This document shows, piece by piece, positions 56,701 through 64,000 of a stretch of DNA of 64,000 nt (position 1 is its first letter; the number at the start of each line of letters is the position of its first letter). The stretch is taken from positions 1 to 64,000 of the forward strand of contig NIVC01000070.1 of the NCBI GenBank assembly GCA_002269645.1, written 5' to 3'. Made by a program: the position numbers and the translations under genes. The notes beneath the pieces were generated by a model. That model was given only the letters and a program-made list of their open reading frames with translations. It did not search any database and had not been told where the DNA came from. Origin of the DNA: Macrostomum lignano (taxonomy: Eukaryota).

Positions 56701-59700
56701 GTCCGTCACTCGGTCATTACCTGTTTGTCACTCGGTCAGTTTCTACTGTATATATTATTCTCTATTGTATATATTCAACTGAATCTCAGTAAGTTTCCGT
56801 AAACAGGAAGTTCAGCGAACGGGCTCTGTAAAGTGTGTTTCTTGTAAACAATTTTTCTCTCAAAATCATAAGCAGGAGTTTGTTGTTTACTTGACGAAAG
56901 ACCTATCGCCTGCCAGTCTAAGTGGGCCTTAAATCTTCGCTGAATTTGGTAATGAAAGCCCAGGGGAGTGGCAGCTCAGTAGGGTGGCAGAGGACCCATC
57001 GACACAGTGTTTACTCGCCTCATATTTTTCCTGCAAACTGAAAATCTGCCGCTAGCTTGTCGCAAAGTCTCGAGGGAGATTTGAAAAACTGCATCCTCAA
57101 CAGGGAGTCATCGGGAGATCCATCTGCTTTCAAACGAAGTCAACTTGCCGTCTCCGACGTTATAATATTTTTTCCTCAAATCCCATATTGCTACGGAACT
57201 TAAGATGAGCTCAGCAGGCCTTTCAGCTTCAATATTGAAAGTAAATTTCATAGAAAACTATGAAGTACGAGCTAGCATGCTATTGAAAACTTACTAGTAG
57301 AAATTAGTAGTGGAGAGCCTTTATTTGGACTGATGCTGTGCTGCGCTCATTGCAAGCATTAAAAAACTTCATTATTTTCTTTGTCACTGCTCAGTCTGAA
57401 GCAGACAAGAGGATAGGGGGCAGCTCACCCAGATACGATGCATTCAGATCTCACGGCAGAAAATCCGCAATCTATAAGTTAGTTAGTAGCTCACTTAGTG
57501 TGTCAGTAGCTCACTTAGCGTGTCAGCAGCTCACTTAGTGTGTCAGTAGCTCAATTAGTGTGTCAGTAGCTCACTTAGTGTGTCAGTAGCTCACTTAGTG
57601 TGTCAGTAGCTCACTTAGTGTGTCAGTAGCTCACTTAGCGTGTCAGCAGCTCACTTAGTGTGTCAGTAGCTCAATTAGTGTGTCAGTAGCTCACTTAGTG
57701 TGTCAGTAGCTCACTTAGTGTGTCAGTAGCTCACTTAGTGTGTCAGTAGCTCACTTAGTCTGTCAGTAGCTCACTTAGTGTGTCAGTAGCTCACTTAGTG
57801 TGTCAGTAGCTCACTTAGTGTGTCAGTAGCTCACTTAGTGTGTCAGTAGCTCACTTAGTGTGTCAGTAGCTCACTTAGTGTGTCAGTAGCTCACTTAGTG
57901 TGTCAGCAGCTCACTTAGTGTGTCAGTAGCTCACTTAGCGTGTCAGCAGCTCACTTAGTGTGTCAGTAGCTCACTTAGTCTGTCAGTAGCTCACTTAGTG
58001 TGTCAGTAGCTCACTTAGTGTGTCAGTAGCTCACTTAGTCTGTCAGCAGCTCACTTAATGTGTGTCAGTAGCTCACTTAGTGTGTCAGTAGCTCACTTAG
58101 TGTGTCAGTAGCTCACTTAGTGTGTCAGTAGCTCACTTGGTGTGTCAGTAGCTCACTTAGTGTGTCAGTAGCTCACTTAGTGTGTCAGTAGCTCACTTAG
58201 TCTGTCAGCAGCTCACTTAATGTGTGTCAGTAGCTCACTTAGTGTGTCAGTAGCTCACTTAGTGTGTCAGTAGCTCACTTAGTGTGTCAGTAGCTCACTT
58301 AGTGTGTCAGTAGCTCACTTAGTGTGTCAGTAGCTCACTTAGTGTGTCAGTAGCTCACTTAGAGTGTCAGGAGCTCACTTAGTGTGTCAGTAGCTCACTT
58401 AGTGTGTCAGTAGCTCACTTAGAGTGTCAGTAGCTCACTTAGTGTGTCAGTATCTCACTTAGTGTGTCAGTAGCTCACTTAGGGTGTGTCAGTAGCTCAC
58501 TTAGTGTGTCAGTAGCTCACTTAGTGTGTCAGTAGCTCACTTAGTGTGTCAGCAGCTCACTTAGTGTGTCAATAGCTCACTTAGTGTGTCAGTAGCTCAC
58601 TTAGTGTGTCAGTAGCTCACTTAGGGTGTGTCAGTAGCTCACTTAGTGTGTCAGTAGCTCACTTAGTGTGTCAGTAGCTCACTTAGTGTGTCAGTAGCTC
58701 ACTTAGTGTGTCAGTAGCTCACTTAGTGTGTCAGCAGCTCACTTAGTGTGTCAATAGCTCACTTAGTGTGTCAGTAGCTCACTTAGTGTGTCAGTAGCTC
58801 ACTTAGTGTGTCAGTAGCTCACTTAGGGTGTGTCAGTAGCTCACTTAGTGTGTCAGTAGCTCACTTAGTGTGTCAGTAGCTCACTTAGAGTGTCAGGAGC
58901 TCACTTAGTGTGTCAGTAGCTCACTTAGTGTGTCAGTAGCTCACTTAGTGTGTCAGTAGCTCACTTAGAGTGTCAGGAGCTCACTTAGTGTGTCAGTAGC
59001 TCACTTAGAGTGTCAGTATCTCACTTAGTGTGTCAGTAGCTCACTTAGAGTGTCAGGAGCTCACTTAGTGTGTCAGTAGCTCACTTAGTGTGTCAGTAGC
59101 TCACTTAGTGTGTCAGTAGCTCACTTAGAGTGTCAGGAGCTCACTTAGTGTGTCAGTAGCTCACTTAGAGTGTCAGGAGCTCACTTAGTGTGTCAGTAGC
59201 TCACTTAGAGTGTCAGGAGCTCACTTAGTGTGTCAGTAGCTCACTTAGAGTGTCAGGAGCTCACTTAGAGTGTCAGGAGCTCACTTAGTGTGTCAGTAGC
59301 TTACTTAGTGTGTCAGTGTGTCAGTAGCTCACTTAGTGTGTCAGTAGCTCACTTAGGGTGTGTCAGTAGCTCACTTAGTGTGTCAGTAGCTCACTTAGTG
59401 TGTCAGTAGCAGTTGTGTACTGTGTCAGTAGCTCACTTAGTGTGTCAGTAGCTCACTTAGTGTGTCAGCAGCTCACTTAGTGTGTCAATAGCTCACTTAG
59501 TGTGTCAGTAGCTCACTTAGTGTGTCAATAGCTCACTTAGTGTGTCAGTAGCTCACTTAGTGTGTCAGTAGCTCACTTAGTGTGTCAGTAGCTCACTTAG
59601 GGTGTGTCAGTAGCTCACTTAGTGTGTCAGTAGCTCACTTAGTGTGTCAGTAGCTCACTTAGTGTGTCAGTAGCTCACTTAGTGTGTCAGTAGCTCACTT

Positions 59701-61685
59701 AGTGTGTCAGCAGCTCACTTAGTGTGTCAATAGCTCACTTAGTGTGTCAGTAGCTCACTTAGTGTGTCAGTAGCTCACTTAGTGTGTCAGTAGCTCACTT
59801 AGTGTGTCAGTAGCTCACTTAGTGTGTCAGTAGCTCACTTAGTGTGTCAGTAGCTCACTTAGAGTGTCAGGAGCTCACTTAGTGTGTCAGTAGCTCACTT
59901 AGTGTGTCAGTAGCTCACTTAGTGTGTCAGTAGCTCACTTAGAGTGTCAGTAGCTCACTTAGTGTGTCAGTATCTCACTTAGTGTGTCAGTAGCTCACTT
60001 AGAGTGTCAGGAGCTCACTTAGTGTGTCAGTAGCTTACTTAGTGTGTCAGTAGCTCACTTAGTGTGTCAGTAGCTCACTTAGAGTGTCAGGAGCTCACTT
60101 AGTGTGTCAGTAGCTCACTTAGAGTGTCAGGAGCTCACTTAGTGTGTCAGTAGCTCACTTAGAGTGTCAGGAGCTCACTTAGTGTGTCAGCAGCTCACAT
60201 AGTGTGTCAGTAGCTCACTTAGTGTGTCAGTAGCTCACTTAGTGTGTCAGTAGCTCACTTAGTGTGTCAGTAGCTCACTTAGTGTGTCAGTAGCTCACTT
60301 AGTGTGTCAGTAGCTCACTTAGTGTGTCAGCAGCTCACTTAGTGTGTCAGTAGCAGTTGTGTACTGTGTCAGCAGCTCACATAGTGTGTCAGTAGCTCAC
60401 TTAGTGTGTCAGTAGCTCACTTAGGGTGTGTCAGTAGCTCACTTAGTGTGTCAGAAGCAGTTGTGTACTGTGTCAGTAGCTCACTTAGTGTGTCAGTAGC
60501 TCACTTAGTGTGTCAGTAGCTCACTTGTGTGTCAGTAGCTCACTTAGTGTGTCAGTAGCTCACTTAGTGTGTCAGTATCTCACTTAGTGTGTCAGTAGCT
60601 CACTTAGTGTGTCAGTAGCTCACTTGTGTGTCAGTAGCTCACTTGTGTGTCAGTAGCTCACTTAGTGTGTCAGGAGCTCACTTAGTGTGTCAGTAGCTCA
60701 CTTCGTGTGTCAGTAGCTCACTTAGTGTATCAGTAGCTCACTTAGTGTGTCAGGAGCTCACTTAGTGTGTCAGTAGCTCACTTGTGTGTCAGTAGCTCAC
60801 TTAGTGTGTCAGTAGCTCACTTAGTGTGTCACTAGTTCACTTAGAGTGTCAGTAGCTCACTTAGTGTGTCAGTAGCTCACTTAGTGTGTCAGTAGCTCAC
60901 TTAGTGTGTCTACAGTTGTACAGTCACAGTTGTGTACTGTGTCAGTACAAAGGTGAAATTGGTTCGGGCGGATAAAGAAATGAAGTCAGGTAAACAGAGA
61001 AATATATTTAATGAGCTAATTGAAAAAGCGTTCGGAGATGCCTGCGCTGTGGCTCTACGAGTTCATGGTTTCCTCACAGAGGAGTTCTACAGTTTAATTA
61101 TCGGCTCAAGCTTTCTAGGTAGATTGATTTTCCAGTGAGATAAAGCTTCAAAAAAAGTAAAGGCACAGATTAAAAAATTGCCTGCTCGAATGCCAACATT
61201 GCTACTACTGGCATGCAGATTGAGTAGTACAGTAAGCAAGTTAGAAAGCGACTTGACTTGTAAATAAAAGCGTGGACCGCGATTGAAAAAAATGTTGTTC
61301 ATCCAACGCTAAAAAAGCGCTAGAAAGCGTAGATTATGCGAGAGAAAAAACGATTTTTTTAGCGATACGCTGACAAGTAGTAAACACAGTAAATTGCAGT
61401 AAAAAAGCGACTAAGATTAGCCAGTAAACTGCGGAACCATGCACTGTTTTAAATTGCCTAAATATTTGCTACAGCAGCGCGCGACTTAATAAAGATTTTT
61501 GAGAGCCATTAGAAAACTGTTTGAGACAGTTCTCACATTCTCGCGATTTGACAGCTTTGATGAGCAGCTTTGATGAGTCATCCTGCGGTTGGCGCGCCAG
61601 ACATACAGAGAGGCAGGTCCCCCGCAGAGGGACATCCGAAACACAAAAAAGAGACTTAGACAAGGCCGCAATGGAAGCATCATAA
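50708..61685 (+). CDS. Candidate micro-exon gene hidden between tandem arrays
   Basis: Hand-picked AG/GT-bounded exons: 50708..50737, 52390..52404, 52598..52612, 55794..55802, 56061..56084, 56807..56827, 57205..57240 (30/15/15/9/24/21/36 nt, all phase 0), then 57395..57477, 60946..60989, 61080..61118, 61555..61685 (phases 0-2-1-1-stop). No homology recognised; exon selection was by eye. Confidence 0.35.
50740..51756 (+). mobile_element. hAT MITE family copy with ~850-bp GA-rich/(GGAGA)n expansion
   Basis: Right end ATTGTGAAGTGTCAAAGGACCCGAGGGCCGGATAGAGAGG...CTGCCGACCCCATG; degenerate left end AACTTCTTTTACTTCAAAGGCC. Confidence 0.8.
52010..52375. repeat. ~22-bp minisatellite (GTAGGGGGTTGTGATAGGTCA)
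   Basis: About 16 degenerate units. Confidence 0.92.
52985..55775. repeat. 20-bp minisatellite (GTGACAGCTCAGTAGGGGGA)
   Basis: About 140 units. Confidence 0.98.
56250..56740. repeat. 22-bp minisatellite (GTCACTCGGTCATTAACTGTCT)
   Basis: About 22 units. Confidence 0.95.
57480..60945. repeat. 20-bp minisatellite (GTGTCAGTAGCTCACTTAGT)
   Basis: About 170 units. Confidence 0.98.
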
Positions 61686-62074
61686 GAGAAAGATTACCAA
61701 CCACTTGCACACTCGAAAGCGAGACGAGACGGCAAATCTCAGTCTGACTGACAGCAAAGAGACAAAACTGGGGTCTTTCTGAACGAGGATGAATTTTAAC
61801 AAAGTATAGAATGACCTTAGCGATGTATTTGCTATCTTTATAATATTTCTACTGCTGATTGTTTTATTTAGCGTTTTAATTTCTAGACCGCTACGTTGCG
61901 TATTGCTAATATAAAGGTGCAAAAGCGAGTGTTGCAGTCAGGCTAATAGTAGAAAACAATGACTAAGTTAGTCAGAAAAATTGTCTTAAAAAGTTATGAA
62001 GCCTTTCAACTCCTTGCTTGTCGACCGCTAAGAGACGAAATTTTCTCTGAAAAAAGGACACGGAAAAGAGGCAC

Positions 62075-62240
62075 GGTGACCCATCTGCTGACATTGTGAC
62101 CCATCTGCTGACATTGTGACCCATCTGCTGACATTGTGACCCATCTGCTGACATTGTGACCCATCTGCTGACACAGTGACCCATCTGCTGACACTGTGAC
62201 CCATTTGCTGACATTGTGACCCATCTGCTGACACAGTGAC
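62075..62240. repeat. 20-bp minisatellite (GTGACCCATCTGCTGACATT)
   Basis: About 8 units. Confidence 0.93.
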
Positions 62241-62396
62241 TACAATCTATCTGATAGCACTGTAACTCGACTCATCTTGTGACAGTAAGCTCCCCAGAGC
62301 ACTCTTAAATCAGACCATCACCTGTAGCTGACAGCGCACCGCATAACTCAAAAGCTGTCATCGCGTAAATAAAAAACTTTTTAACCGACGACGCGG

Positions 62397-63273
62397 TCAC
62401 TCCTCGGCCAGGGCGCGGGAGCGAGCGCGAGCAGCCGAGGCGCTCTGGAACGGTGAATACAGGGATATGAATTCGACAATTCACAATCAAGATGCTCAGG
62501 CGAAACATTCAAAAATCAATTACGAGTTGTCGCAACCAAAGAAGTCATAATCGATCAAGACACAACCCACTATGGCATTATCAATCACGAAGCCAAACGT
62601 GAGAAGCCAAGACGAGACCCCTGGGCCAATTGTCGCACGCACAAGCTCCGGATGAATGTAGCCTTGCACGGGAATCGAACCCGGGTCGTGGTGCGAGCGT
62701 TATATACATACACGAGTACCGGTATATCTCTTGGCTGCTCTGCACCCTAGACTGAGCTTTGGTTCCCCGACCCCAGCTACTCACAGCCGAGCTGGCAGTG
62801 AGGTTGCTGCTGCTCTGCACCTAGACTGAGCTTTGGTTCCCCGACCCCAGCTACTCACAGCCGAGCTGGCAGTGAGGTTGCTGCTGCTCTGCACCTAGAC
62901 TGAGCTTTGGTTCCCCGACCCCAGCTACTCACAGCCGAGCTGGCAGTGAGGTTGCTGCTGCTCTGCACCTAGACTGAGCTTTGGTTCCCCGACCCCAGCT
63001 ACTCACAGCCGAGCTGGCAGTGAGGTTGCTGCTGCTCTGCACGACGCTAACGCTGCTGCGACTCTTGGAGCGGAACTTGGTGAGGCTCTGCTCAGCCATG
63101 TCGGCCCGCTCCTCGGACTCCTCCAGATCGTGCTGGGCCTTGCGGAACTTGGCCAGATTGATGGCGGCGATCTCCTCAGCTTCCTCGGCCTGGCGCTTGT
63201 AGGTTTTGATCTTCGATTGCAGCTTCTCGACCAGCTCCTGCAGCTTGGCCTGGTTCTTGCGCTCCTCTTCCGA
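62397..63273 (-). CDS. Mhc: Muscle-type myosin II heavy chain, last coding exons (gene extends beyond the right edge)
   Basis: Exon 63007..63273: [76 protein letters not shown] (conserved end of the myosin rod); donor GTGAGT, phase 0. Terminal exon 62397..62444 [15 protein letters not shown] after acceptor ccctgtattcaccgttccag. Confidence 0.9.
62590..62700 (-). mobile_element. tRNA-headed SINE fragment in the last myosin intron
   Basis: Reverse strand reads CCCGGGTTCGATTCCCGTGCAAGGCTACATTCATCCGGAGC...ACAATTGG, similar to 14185..14235. Confidence 0.5.
62747..63042 (-). repeat. 74-bp tandem repeat spanning the myosin exon end and intron start (4 copies)
   Basis: Unit starts at about 62747, 62821, 62895 and 62969; each minus-strand unit is 36 nt coding-derived plus 38 nt GTGAGT...TCTAG. 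Confidence 0.95.
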
Positions 63274-63539
63274 CTGCGAAAGCAAATGGCAGATGCGATG
63301 CGTGGTTCCGTGATTAAGTAACGCCACCCGAGCCCAGAATGCAAGCCGGACAATAAGCGTGAAAAGTTGGGAGGTAGACGCGTTTCCGTGTGTGAGTTAC
63401 GAACGACCCGTGTGGTGTGCCACGGTTGTCTTATTAGTGTCACTTTGTGTGTTTAAGTGTCACAGGTGTCCCTTTTTGAGTGCAGGTGTCACAAGTGTAC
63501 CTTGGTGAGTAAAAGTGTCACAGGTGTCTCTTAGTACAC

Positions 63540-63910
63540 CAGGGAGGGCTACTAGTGTGTCAGGGGCTCAGTTAGTGTGTCAGGGGTTCAAGTTAGTGTG
63601 TCAGGAACTCAGTTAGTGTGTCAGGAACTCAGTTAGTGTGTCAGGGGTTCAAGTTAGTGTGTCAGGAACTCAGTTAGTGTGTCAGGGGTTCAAGTTAGTG
63701 TGTCAGGAACTCAGTTAGTGTGTCAGGAACTCAGTTAGTGTGTCAGGAACTCAGTTAGTGTGTCAGGAACTCAGTTAGTGTGTCAGGAACTCAGTTAGTG
63801 TGTCAGGAACTCAGTTAGTGTGTCAGGGGCTCAGTTAGTGTGTCAGGGGCTCATTTAGCGTGTCAGGGGCTCAGACAGTGTGTCAGGAAATCAGATAGTG
63901 TGTCAGGAAC
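63540..63910. repeat. 20-21-bp minisatellite (TAGTGTGTCAGGAACTCAGT) in a myosin intron
   Basis: About 17 units. Confidence 0.93.
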
Positions 63911-64000
63911 CCTGCTGGAGTGTCATGGGTATCTATCAGGGTTGCCATTTAAAAAAAAAAGAAAAAATAATTTAAAAAAATTTTAATTAGCCGCTACAGA

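Noticed and set aside
57056-57204. Larger exon from acceptor 57055 to donor 57241
   Set aside because: Careful recount shows stops in all three frames across the T6 run; only 57205..57240 remains open into the donor.

Overview
Eukaryotic (metazoan) genomic DNA with spliceosomal introns and extreme tandem-repeat content. Poly-Q/A/S coding style, repeat load and gene set suggest a free-living flatworm such as Macrostomum lignano (inference, not verified). Recognisable genes, with exons reconstructed by eye from GT-AG sites and phase continuity: 5' part of synapsin (-), an orphan two-TM protein (-), an orphan acidic ORF (-), a calmodulin-like protein (+), a ladybird/Lbx homeobox gene (-), a complete 9-exon DIP2 gene (+), a kinase-less protein with two PAK-type PBD/CRIB-like modules and an in-frame TAG (-), a ParB/sulfiredoxin-like small-domain gene (-), and the 3' end of a muscle myosin heavy chain (-). 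Mobile DNA: hAT-type MITEs (one with a perfect 8-bp TSD), a nested foldback element, and tRNA-derived SINEs including a CORE-like SINE. Most interesting observations: (1) every DIP2 intron carries its own private tandem array; (2) the same pattern exposes a candidate micro-exon gene hidden between the arrays at 50.7-61.7 kb; (3) a 74-bp tandem amplification at the myosin tail rebuilds an in-frame 36-nt exon plus 38-nt GT-AG intron three times; (4) the double-PBD gene with an in-frame amber codon just before its CRIB motif. No database searches were run; all family assignments come from motif recall.
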